From the NCBI GenBank assembly GCA_965242525.1, contig OZ251459.1, positions 192,001 to 256,000 on the forward strand: 64,000 bases of DNA, written 5' to 3'. The notes beneath the pieces are model-generated. The model was not told the DNA's origin and did no database searches. It worked only from the letters and a program-made list of their open reading frames with translations. The stretch is from an uncultured Candidatus Binatia bacterium. Lineage in GTDB: Bacteria; Desulfobacterota; Binatia; UBA9968; JAJDTQ01. A program made the position numbers and the translations under genes. Positions 11,358-23,700 of this stretch are shown here, one piece after another (the first letter of the stretch is position 1; the number at the start of each line of letters is the position of its first letter).

Positions 11358-11540
11358 CACTTCCGTTTCGCCGCGGCGGTCTTCCTCGAGGGACCGGAGC
11401 AGGCCGCCGTCCCGTCGTCATGGACGAGGGTGCTGGCGGCGGGTCCCCGCATGGCGTCGAGGGAGGGCAAGAGCATGGCCCATGACCGGGTTTTCGTCAA
11501 CCCGACGCCACAGAAGACCGTCGTCGGATTCCCCTTCACG

Positions 11541-11571
11541 GGTTTAGTTGTTTACTTGTTGCAAATAAACC
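11541..11571. promoter_or_regulatory. Putative ROK operator 1
   Basis: GGTTTAGTTG-N11-CAAATAAACC, a 9/10 inverted repeat; core TTAGTT-N13-AAATAA. Confidence 0.65.
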
Positions 11572-11612
11572 GGAAATATGCAAAGGATCGTCGATCGTTT
11601 ATCGACGCGCAA

Positions 11613-11641
11613 CATTATTTACACGCAGGCAGCAAATAATG
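11613..11641. promoter_or_regulatory. Putative ROK operator 2
   Basis: CATTATTT-N13-AAATAATG, a perfect 8-bp inverted repeat with the same N13 core spacing as operator 1. Confidence 0.65.
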
Positions 11642-11703
11642 GGAACCTGTCCGAGCAAGCGAATGGCCCCGAGAGGCAGGCAAGTCAACCGCACACGGAC
11701 CGG

Positions 11704-14700
11704 ATGAAGCGCCGTATCCACAGGCACAGGGCCGTGGCTTGCCCGCGCACTGCTTTTCTGCGGGCGTTCCTCGCGGTGGCCGCGGTCGTTGCGCTGCTGA
11801 CGTCCGCCCTCCCCTCCGGGGCGCAGACCGGCGCGCCCGAGGTGCGTGGGGTCTACGTCACGTCCAGCCCCAGCAAGGCGTCGGAGACGGAGTTCCGGCC
11901 CTACGACCAGGGCGACCACGTCGACGTGCAGGTCCTCTTCAGCCAGGCGGTCACGGTCACCGGCGCGCCGCGGCTGGCCCTCACCATCGGCTCCCGCACT
12001 CGCCATGCCGCCTTCCGGTCGGTGTCCGGCGGCAACGTCTTCTTTCGCTACGAGGTCATGGGGGGCGACCGGGACGCCGACGGCATCTCCGTCGCCGCGG
12101 ACGCGCTGACGCTCAACGGCGGCGCCATCGAGGCGGGGGGCGTGGCCGCCGCCCTCGGCCTCGGCAGCCACGCGCTGGGCAACCAGGCCAACCACCGGGT
12201 GGACGGCGGCTGGCCGACCTATGGCGGCGTGGCGCAGCCCGCCTACGCCTTCACGCGCGGGACGCGCGGCAGCTTCACGCTGCCGGCGGCCGCGGACGCG
12301 AATTCGTGGACGACCTACGCGCTGGCGGCGCCGCCGGCCCTGCCCGGCGGCCTCTCCTTCGACCCGGCGACCCGCGTCCTCTCCGGCGCGCCGCAGGTGG
12401 GGATGGCGAAGACGGCCTACACGCTCAACGTCTTCCATCTCGTCGGGCCCGGGCGCAACGTGCTCGCGGACTCGCTGACGTTCACCGTCACGGCCGCCGG
12501 CGCCACGCCGGCCGTGAGCGGGGTCTCCATCGCCTCCTCCCCGGCCAGCGGCGCCAGCTACGCGACCGGCGAGAACATCGACGTGGAGGTCACCTTCAAC
12601 TACCCGGTGACGGTGACCGGCGCGCCGCGGCTGGCGCTCGCCATCGGCTCCGCCACGCGGCAGGCGGCCTACCGGACGCATAGCGGCTCGACCGTGAGCT
12701 TCCGCTACCCGGTGGCCGCGGCGGACGTGGACCGCGACGGCATCGGCATCGCCGCCGGGGCGCTCACTTTGAACGGCGGCAGCATCGAGGCGTCGAACGT
12801 CGTCGCCGCCCTCGGCCTCGGCAGCCACGCCATCACCAACGACTCCGGCCACTCGGTGAACGACCCCCAGCCCTCCTTCGGTTCGGCGACCGTGGCGGAC
12901 CGGCACTGGACCGCCGGCACGGCCGCCAGCCTGCAACTGCCCCAGGCCACCGGCGGCGACGGCACGGTGAGCTACACGCTGACCGGGCCGGGCGCGGTGA
13001 CGTCGCTGAGCCTGCCCCAAGGCCTGGTCTGGAGCGCCGCCACCCGCACGATCTCGGGCACGCCCGGCGCCGCGGCCGCCGCCGCTTCCTACACCTGGAC
13101 CGCGACCGACGGCGACGGCGATACGGCGCGGCTTTCGTTCGACGTCACGGTGGCCGCGGCCAACGCGCCGAAGCCGATAGGACTGGCGTTTCACACGCAG
13201 CCCGGCTTCGACGGCGACTACGCCGCGGGCGAGCGAATCGAGGCGTACATCCAGTTCGATCAGCTCGTCACGGTGACCGGCTCGCCGCGCCTCGCGCTCG
13301 ACGTCGGCGGTGTCGTCCGCCATGCGGCCTATTCGCGCAGCAGCAGCGACGTGGACGAGCTCGCCTTCAAGTACACCGTGACGTCGTCGGACTTCGACGG
13401 CGATGGCGTCAGCATCCGCGCGGGGGCGCTTTCGCTCAACGGCGGGACCATCGTGGGGGCCGACGCCGCCGCGGTGCCGGCCTCGCTCGCCATCGCCGCC
13501 TACGCCAGGATCAACGCCGCCGGGCATACGGTGCGCGATACGCAGCCCGCCTTCTCCGGGGCCGCCAGCGCCGCGGCCCGGTCGCTGGCCAAGGACGCGG
13601 CGACGGCCACCGACCTGCCCCGGGCCACCGGCGGTGACGGGGCGCTCACCTACGGCATCTCGCCGGCGCTGCCCGCCGGCCTGGCGCTCGGGAGCGCGCG
13701 CCCCACCATCACCGGCACGCCCACCGCCGCGGGCGCGACCACGCACACGCTCACCGCCACCGACGCCGACGGCGACGCGGCGACGCTCGGCCCGTTCACG
13801 ATCACGGTGGTGGACGGCGCGCCGGCGATTTCCGACGTGACCATCGCCTCCGTTCCGTACGCCAACGGCTCCTACGGCCTGAAGGAGCTGATCCAGGTCA
13901 CGCTCAAGTTCGACCGCGGCGTCGTCGGGCGCAATTTGTCCCTGTCCAGGCTGGCCCTGGACGTCGGCGGGACGACCCGCCTGGCGCGCTACAACGGCTT
14001 TCACCGCAACGGCGGCTGGCTCTACGAGTACGTGGTGCAGGCGGCGGACCTCGACACCGACGGCATCAGCATCGGCACGGACGCGCTGGCCCTGAACGGC
14101 TCCGCCCTGACCCACCACGAGACCGGCGTGGCCGCGTCGACGGTGCTGGGGACCCACGCCATCACCAACGCTGCGGCGCACAAGGTGGACGGCTCGGCGG
14201 CCACCGCCCTGGCCGTGGAGTCGGTGCGCATCCTCAGCACCCCGGCCAGCAGCGACGGCTACGACGTGGGCGAGAAGATCAGGACCCAGGTCACCTTCTC
14301 CCGGCCGGTCACGATCACCGGCAATCCGCGCCTCGCGCTCGCCATCGGCAACGACGTGCGCCAGGTGACCGGCTACCCCCCCTCGTGGGTAACCGACGAG
14401 CTCGTGTTCGCCTACACGGTCACCGCCAACGACCGGGACGCCGACGGCGTCTCCGTCGGCGCCTCGGCGCTCACCCTGAACGGCGCCACCATTCGCGACG
14501 CCGACGGCGCGGACGCGGCGCTCGCTCTGGGAACCAACGCCATCACCAACGCCTCGGCACACAAAGTGTACACGCCGGCGCGGGTCACCGGGGTGACCAT
14601 CAGCTCCAGCCCCGGCGCGAACGGCGCCTACGACGTGGGCGAAACCATCGACGTGGATCTGTCCTGGTCGCAACGGGTCGTCCACAGCGGGAACGGGGGG

Positions 14701-17700
14701 TGGCCCCGTCTGGCGCTCACCATCGGGGCGAACACGCGGCAAGTGCCGTGGAACCATGCGGCCTACGGCATCGCGCCGTATCGCTACAGCTACACGGTGA
14801 CGGCCAGCGACTGGGACGGCGACGGCATCAGCATCGGCGCGGACGCCCTGACCGTGCCGTCCGGCTCCCACCTGAAGGGCAACGGCAACGTGGCCGCGGT
14901 CCTCTCGCTCGGGACCCACGCCATCGCCAACGACTCCGGCCACACGGTGCGGGACGGCAAGCCGGCTTTCGGATCCGTGGCGGCGCGGCCCTACCTGCTC
15001 AACGTGGCGGTCAGCGACGAGCTGCCGGCGGCGACCGGCGGCGACGCGCCGGTGACCTACGCGCTCACCGGGCCGGGGACCGCGGCGACGCTGTCCCTGC
15101 CCGCCGGCCTCTCCTGGGAAGCGGACACGCGCACGCTCTCCGGCGCGCCCCAGAGCGAAACCGCGGCGGCCTCCTACACGCTCACCGCCACCGATACCGA
15201 CGGCGATACGGCGACCGCGTCCTTCGACCTGTCGGTGGTGACCGAACCGTTGGTGACCGGCCTCACCATCACCTCCAGCCCGGCGTCGGGGGACACCTAC
15301 GCCGCCGGCGAGACGATCACCGCCGAGGTCACCTTCGACCAGGTGTTGACGGTGACCGGCGCGCCGCAATTGGCCCTGTCCGTCGGGGACGCCACGCGGC
15401 AGGCGGCGGGGAGCCACACCACCGGCGAGAGCAAGATCGCGTTCCGCTATACGCTGGGGACCGCCGACCGGGATGCGGACGGCATTTCCGTCGCCGCCGG
15501 CGCCCTGACCCTGAACGGCGCCACCATCCGCAACGCCAAGGGAGAGGACGCGCGCCTCGGGCTCGGCGCCAACGCTCTGGCCGCGCAGACCGGCCACAAG
15601 GTCTCCGCCCCGCCGAAGATCACCGGGGTGGAGCTCCACTCGAACCGGCTGCGGTGCTGCTGGGGCGTCCAGCCGGACGGTTGGGCGGACTCCCGGCAGA
15701 CCGACCACAACCGCTTCCCCCCGGCCCTGGTGTACGTCGAGGTGACCTTCGATCAGACCGTGGCCGTCACCGGCACGCCGCACGTCGCGCTCCGCATCGG
15801 CTCCGCCACCCGCCAGGCCGTCTACGACTCGTTCCTCAGCAGGATCCTCGCGAACCGCGCGCACCAGCCCGGGGACGTGAGCGTCGCCGGATTCTACTAC
15901 GAGCTGCAGCCCGGCGACCACGACGGCGACGGCGTCTCGGTGGCCGCCGACGCGCTGACCCTGGGCAGCGGCGAGATACGCGACGCCGAGGGCGAGGACG
16001 CCGTGACCGGCCTCGGCGCCCACGCCATCACCAACGACCCGGACATCCGCGTGGCGGACACGGCGCCATCTTTCGCGGCGTCCGCGGAGTCGACGCGGCG
16101 CTACCTCCTGAACCTGCGGGCGAACGACCGGCTGCCGGCGGCGACCGGCGGCGACGGAACCGTGACCTACACACTGACCGGGCCGGGCGCGGCCACGACC
16201 CTGAGCCTGCCTGCCGGCCTTGCCTGGAGCGCCGCCACGCAGACGATCTCGGGCACGCCGACCACCGCCGCGGCCGCGGCCTCCTACACCCTCACCGCCA
16301 CCGACGCCGATGGCGACGCGGCGACGGTCACCTTCTCCCTTGCGGTGGTGACCGATCCGGTGGTGACGGACGTCGCCATCACCTCCAGCCCGGCGTCGGG
16401 GGACGCCTACGCCGCCGGCGAGACGATCACGGTGGACGTGACCTTCGACCAGTCGGTCACGGTGGAGGGCACGCCGAACCTAGCGCTCACCATCGGCAGC
16501 GAGGCCCGAAAGGCGGGCGGGAGCCACCTTCCGGGGCAGAGCAAGATCACGTTCAGCTACCGGGTGGCGGCCAACGACCGGGACGCCAACGGCATCTCCA
16601 TCGCCGCGGACGCGCTGACGCTGAACGGCGGGACCATCCGCAACGCCAAGGGCGAGGACATGCGGCTCGGCCTTGGCGCCCACGCCGTGGTCGGCGCCGC
16701 CGGCCACAAGGTTTCCGCGCCGCCCCGGGTGGTGGAGGTGAAGCTCGACACCACGGATCTGGCGTGCTGCTGGAGCACGCAGCCGTCCGGCTGGGCGGAC
16801 CCCCGGCAGACCGCCACCAACCGCTTCGCCCCCGCGGTGGTGATCGCGGCGGTGACCTTCGACCAAGCGGTCGTCTTCGGCGGCAGCGGAACTCCGAGCC
16901 TGGCGCTCACCATCGGCGCCCGGACTCGGCAGGCGGCCTATAACGGCTACATCAGCCGGAGGATGGCGCGGAGCACCGGCAGAGACCTCGCCCGGGTGCT
17001 CGCGTTCCAGTACACGCTGCAGCCCTCGGACTTCGACGGCGACGGCATTTCCATCAGAGCCGGCGCGCTGTCCCTGCCCTCGGGCATGACCATGCGCGAC
17101 CGGGAGGGCGAGCCCGCGGTGCTCGGCCTCGGCGCCCACGCCATCGCCAACGACCCGGCCTACCGGGTGCGCGACACCGCGCCCTCCTTCGGGACGGCCG
17201 CGATCCAGCCCCAGCACTGGTTGGCCAGGGTCGCGGGCTCGCTCACCCTGCCGACGGCGACCGGGGACGGTTCCATCTCCTACGCGCTGACGCCGGCGCA
17301 GCGGCCGTCCTGGCTGGCGTTCGACGCCGCCACCCGCGTGCTGTCCGGCACGCCCCCGGGTTCGGTGGAGCGGACTACCTGGACATGGACGGCCACCGAC
17401 GGCGACGGCGACGCGACCGCGCTCACCTTCCCCCTCACCGTGGCCTCGGCCCGGGCGCCGAGGGTCTTCGACGTGAAGTTCATCTCCACCCCGGCGGCGC
17501 ACTCCACCTACCCGCCGGGCGCCATGATCAAGGCCGGGGTCAAGTTCGACAAAGGGGTGACCGTGACGGGGGTCCCGACCCTCGACCTCGATATCGGCGG
17601 CGCGGCGCGGCAGGCGGCCTACGTCGGGACCCAGAACGGTTACCTGGTGTTCGACTACACCGTGCTGCAGGAGGACTACGACACCGACGGCGTGAGCATC

Positions 17701-20700
17701 GGCTCGGGCGCGCTCGCGCATCCCGCAACCGGCAACGGCGGCATCTTCGACGCGGCCAACGGCGCGACCCGGGCCGCGCTCGGCCTCGGCTCCCACGCCA
17801 TTACCAACGCCATCGGCCACCAGGTGGGCAGCCCGCCGCGGGTCACCGGCGTGAGCGTCCGGTCCACGCCGCAGCAGGCCGGTACCTACACCCGGGGCGC
17901 GACCATCACCGTGCAGGTCGATTTCGACCAGACGGTGACGGTGACCGGCGCGCCGCGCCTCGCGCTCGCCATCGGCGGCCAGACCCGCCAAGCCGTCGCC
18001 GCTGCGGGCACGGGTACCGCCTATATCCGCTTCTCTTACACGGTGGCGGCGGCGGATGCCGACACGGACGGGATCGGCGTCGCCGCGGGGGCGCTGACGC
18101 TGAACGGCGCCACCATCCGCGACGCCGACGGCCAGGACGCGGTGCTCGACCTGGGCAGCCACGCGCGGGCCGCGTTCGCCAACGCCAAGGTGGACGGGAG
18201 CATGACCGGCCTCTGGCCGGTGTTCGGCGCCGCGGCCGGCCCCGATCTCGCCCTGACCGTAGGCACGGCGGCGACCCACGCGCTGCCCACCGCGACCGGC
18301 GGCGACGGGACGCTCCGCTACGCCGTGTCGCCGGCGCTGCCGGCGGGGCTGGTCGTGAACGCCGCAACCGGCGTGCTTTCCGGCACGCCGGGGATGGAGA
18401 GCCCGCGCACCGCCTACACGCTGACCGCGACCGATACCCACGGCGACGCCGCGACGCTGGTGTTCCACCTCAAGGCCGCCGGCACGCGCCCGGTGGTGAG
18501 CGGGGTCACCGTCGCCTCCACGCCGCTCTCCGGGGATACGTACGGGGCCAGCGAGGAGATCCGCGTCGACGTGACCTTCGAGCGCACGGGCACGGGCGCC
18601 ATGATGGTGCGCGGCGCGCCGCGGCTCGCGCTCACCATCGGCGGGAGGACGCGCCAGGCGACCTTCCTCTCCGTGTCCGGCGCGACGCTCCGCTTCCGCT
18701 ACACCGCGCAGGCCGAGGACCGGGACACGGACGGCATCGCCGTCGCCGCCGGCGCGCTCACCTTGAACGGCGGGCTGATCCGCGACGCCGCGGGGAACAA
18801 CGCGATCCTGGGGCTGGGGAGCCACGCGCTCGGCGCGCAAGCGTCGCACAAGGTGGACGGGAGCGCCGGGCGCGCCCCGGCCGTGACCGGGGTCCGGGTG
18901 ATTTCGACGCCCGCGAGCGGCGACACCTACTCCTACGGCGAGACCATCGAGGTGGAGGTGCGCTTCGACCAGGCGGTGGGCGTCTCGGGAACGCCCAACC
19001 TGGCGCTCACCCTGGGCTCGGCGACCGCGCCGGCGGCCTGGAACCGCGCCGGAACCAGTCCCACGAAACAGATCTTCCGCCGCGTGGTGGCGGCGGCGGA
19101 CGTCGACCCCGACGGCCTGTCCGTTGCCGCCGGCGCGCTGACCCTGAACCGCGGGACGATCCGCAACGTCGCGGGCACGAACGCGGCGCTCGGCCTCGGC
19201 AGCCGCGCGCTCGGCAACCAGGCGTCGCACAAGGTGAACGGCGCCAACGCCGCGGCGCCGGCGGTGACCGGCGTCGCCATCCGCTCCTTCCAGAGCGACG
19301 GCTGGTACGACCACGGCGAGACCATCGAGGCGCGGGTCACGTTCAGCAAGGCGGTCACGGTGACCAAGGCGACCGTGCGCGGCGAGGACTTCTGGCCGGA
19401 GCTGACCCTCACCATCGGCGGCACGGCGCGGAAGGCGTCCTACCACGCCGCGAGCGGGCGTAGCGTCGACTTCCGCTACACGGTGCGGGACCCCGACCAC
19501 GACCCCGACGGCATTTCCATCGGTGCGCGGGCGCTCGACTCGCATGGCGCGATCACCTACGACGTGGGCGCCGCCGCCGACCGGGTCCTCAGCGGCGTGG
19601 TCGATCTCGGCAGCCACGCGCTCGGCAATCAGACGTCGCACAAGGTGGACGGACGCACCGCCGCGGTGACCGGCGTCACCATCAACACGACTCCGGCGAA
19701 CAGCGCCGGTTATGGCGCGGGCGAGACGATCAGGGTGCAGGTGAATTTCAGCGACCTCGTCGACAAGTGGTCGGGGTCTTCTCGCCTGGCGCTCACCATC
19801 GGCGACAATACGCGCCACGCCTCGCTCTCCCACTCGATCGGGCCCCGGCACTCTCGCAGCCTCTATTACGAATACACGGTCCGGAGCACGGACCGGGACG
19901 CGGACGGCATCTCCATCGCGGCGGGCGCGCTGACCGGCTCCCTGCGGCGGCGGGAAGGCAACCCGGTGAATTTCGCCCTGGGCAGCCACGCGCTGGGCGC
20001 CCAGGCGGCGCACAAGGTGACCGGCGCCGTCGTGACGCCGCGCGTGACCAGCGTCACCATGATCGGCTTCCCGCAGAGCAACCAGACGTTCACCCTTGGG
20101 GAAGAGATACGCGTAAGGGTCACGTTCGACGTCCCGATCGTCGCGAGCGGGGGGGCTCCGCGGCTGGCGCTCGCCATCGGCAACGCCACGCACCGGCTGA
20201 ACGGCCAGCTGCTTGCCCTAATCCACGCATTGGAGTTCAGTCACACGGTGGGGCCGTCCGACCGGGACGCCGACGGCATCTCCATCGCCGCCGGCGCCTT
20301 GACGCTCCCGGCCGGCGCAACCCTGCGCAGCCGGCTGGGGGCGGCGGCGGCGCTCGGCCTGGGCAGCCAGGCGATGACCAACGACGCGCGGTTCAAGGTG
20401 GACGGCAGTTCCAACCCGGCGGCGGCAGGTGAAGTGAAGCTCTCGGGATCGGCCCGTCACGACACCTTCCTCACCGGCGAGCGGTTCAAGATCTCCGTCC
20501 ATTACGACAAGACGGTGACGGTCACGGGCACGCCGACGGTGGCGCTGCAGGTCGGCAGCGTCACGCGCCGCGTGCCGCTGTCCAATAACATTGGCAGGAC
20601 TCTGAGTTCCTACCGGGGCAGGGCTCCGAACTTCTATTACACGGTGCAGCACGGCGACCGGGACCCGGACGGCATCAGCATCGGGGCCGACGCGCTGCGC

Positions 20701-23700
20701 CTGGAAGGCGCCAGCATCACGGGGCCGGGCGGCAAGGCGGCGCAGCTCCGCTTTACCAACAGCATCGTGAACGACAGCATGTTCAAGGTCGGCGGCGCCG
20801 CGCGGCCGACGCCGACCTTCGGCGCGGCGGTGGTGCCGGCGCGGGTCTGGACGGTGGGCGTGCCGGTCGACTTCACCCTGCCGCCGGCGACCGACGGCGA
20901 CGGGACGCTCACCTACGCGCTGACCGGGCCGGGCACGTCGGCGGCCACCTTGAGCCTGCCGCGCGGGCTCACGTACTCCGCCACTTCGACCGGCGCCTTC
21001 GGCGGCGGGAGGATCAGCGGCACGCCGGCGGTCGACGCGAACCCGGCCACCTACCGGTTGACGGCGACGGACACCGACGGCGACGCGGCCACGCTCGACT
21101 TCACCATCCGGGTCATGCGCGACCTGACGCCGCGCTTCGAGGCGACGGTCGACGACCGGGAGTGGATCGAGGACGCCGCGATCGACGCCTTCGATCTGCC
21201 GGCGGCGGTCAGCGGCAACGGGACGTTGACCTACACCCTCTCGCCGGCGCTGCCGGGCGGGGTGTCGCGGGCGGACCGCCGGGTGAGCGGCGCGCCGGAC
21301 GCCGCCGCGGCGCGGACGGAATACACCTGGACGGCGACGGACGCCGACGGCGACGAAGGCTCGCTCACCTTCCACGTCACGGTGGCCGAGGACACCGCGC
21401 CGAGCTTCGGTGACGCCACCATCGACGACCAGTCGTGGAAGCAGGGTTCCCAGATCACCGCGGTCATCCTGCCGGAGGCGACCGGCGGCAACGGCCCGCT
21501 GACCCACGTGCTGAGGCAGGAGGGGCTGCCCGCCGGCGTCGAGCTCGACGGGCGCGTGCTGCAAGGCACGCCGACCGCGGTGTGGGAGCTGGTCGAATAC
21601 ACGTGGCGGGCCACGGACCAGGACGGCGACCGGGCGGAGCTCACCTTCGACCTGGAGGTGTACGCGGACCTGCAGCCGAGCTTCGGCGACGCGACCCTGG
21701 ACGACCGAACCTGGATCGAGCGCCAGGCGATCACCGCCTTCACGCTGCCGGCGGCCACCGGCGGCGACGGCGACCTGACCTACGCGCTCACGCCGGCCCT
21801 GCCCGCGGGCGTGAGCCGCGACGCGGCGACGCGCGAGGTGTCCGGCACGCCGAGCGCGACGCTGGCCGCCACCGTCTACACCTGGACGGCCACGGACGCC
21901 GACGGCGACCGGGCGGAGCTATCCTTCACCGCCGCGGTGGACGGCATCCCCACCTTCGGGGACCGGACCATCGCCGAGGCGGAGTGGGTCAAGGGTGTGG
22001 CGATCGCTGCCTTCACGTTGCCGGAGGTGACCGGCGGCGACGGCCGGGTGACCTACGCGCTGACCGCGGACGCGCCGCATACCGGGCTGCCGGCCGGGGT
22101 GGTCCGCGACGCGGCGACGCACGAGGTCACCGGCACGCCGACCGCGACGCGGGCGCGGGCCGAGTACACCTGGACCGCCACCGACACCGACGGCGATGAG
22201 GCGTCGCTCAGCTTCCATGCGGCCGTGGTCGAGCCGCCGGTGGTGACGCTGGCGCTGTCGCCCGCGGCCATCGACGAGCACGACGGGACCAACCCCGGCT
22301 CGGCGGAGGTGACCGCGACGCTGGACAAGGCGTCGCGCGCCGACGTGACGGTCACGGTGGCGGCGGCCGCGGGGACGAACGCCGCGGCCGGCGACTATGC
22401 GCTGAGCAACGCGGTGACGCTCACCATCGCCGCGGGCGAGACGACCAGCACGGGGACGGTGACGGTTACGGCGGTCGACAACGCGGTCGACGCGCCGGAC
22501 AAGGAAGTGACGGTCTCGGCAACGGTGAGCGGCAACAGCGGCGCGGCTGACCCGGCGAGCGTGACCTTGACGATCCGGGACGACGAGGCGGCCCCGGCGG
22601 TGGTGCTGGCGGTGGCCGACGGCGCCGTGGCCGAGGACGGCGGTACGACGACGGTGACCGCGACCTTGAGCCACGCGTCGAGCGCGGCGACGACGGTGAC
22701 GGTGGCGGGCGTCGAAGGCGCCTACACCGTGGATTCGTCGGACGCGACCATCACGATTGCGGCCGGCGAGACGGAGAACGCGACCGACACGGTGACGATC
22801 ACGGCGGTCAACGACGACGTGGACAACGTGGGCGACCGCGCGGTGACGGTGACGGGAACGGCGGCCAACGCGCAGGCTGCCGCGGAGTCGGAGACGGTGG
22901 CGGTAACCGGCGCGGCGCTGACGCTGACCGACGACGAGGCCACGCCGGTGGCAACCCTGGCGCTGAGTGCGGCGGCGATCGACGAGCACGACGGGACGAA
23001 TCCGGGGTCGGCGACGGTGACGGCGACCTTGGACGGCGCGTCGAGCGAGGCGGTAACGCTGACGGTGGCAGCGTCGGCCGGGACCAACGCGGCGTCGGGC
23101 GACTTCAGCCTGTCGGGCACGAATACGCTCACCATCGCGGCGGGGGAGACGAGCAGCACCGGCACGGTAACGGTCACGGCGGTGGACAACACGGCGGACG
23201 CGCCGGACAAGGAAGTGACGGTCTCGGCAACGGTGAGCGGCGACAGCGGCGTTGCTGACCCGGCGAGCGTGACCCTGACGATCGACGACGACGACGCGGC
23301 GCCGACGGTGACGCTGGCGGTGGCGGACGGCGCCATTGCGGAGGACGGCGGTACGACGACGGTGACCGCGACCTTGAGCCATGCGTCGAGCGCGGCGACC
23401 ACGGTCACCGTGCAGCCGGAGGCCGGCGCCTACACGGTGGACGCGGACGCCACGATCACGATTGCGGCGGGCGAGACGGAGAACGCGACCGGCAGCGTGA
23501 CGATCACGGCGGTGAACGACGCGGTGGACAACGTGGGCGACCGGGCCGTGACGGTGACGGGCACGGCGGCCAACGCCCAGGCTGCCGCGGAGTCGGAGAC
23601 GGTGGCGGTGACCGGCGCGGCGCTGACCCTGACCGACGACGAAGACACGCCGGCGGTGACCCTGCTGCTGAGCGACGCGACCATCGACGAGCACGACGGG

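Noticed and set aside
11578-11703. Upstream ATG for the giant ORF
   Set aside because: The extension runs through the AT-rich operator region; the signal peptide fits a start at 11704.
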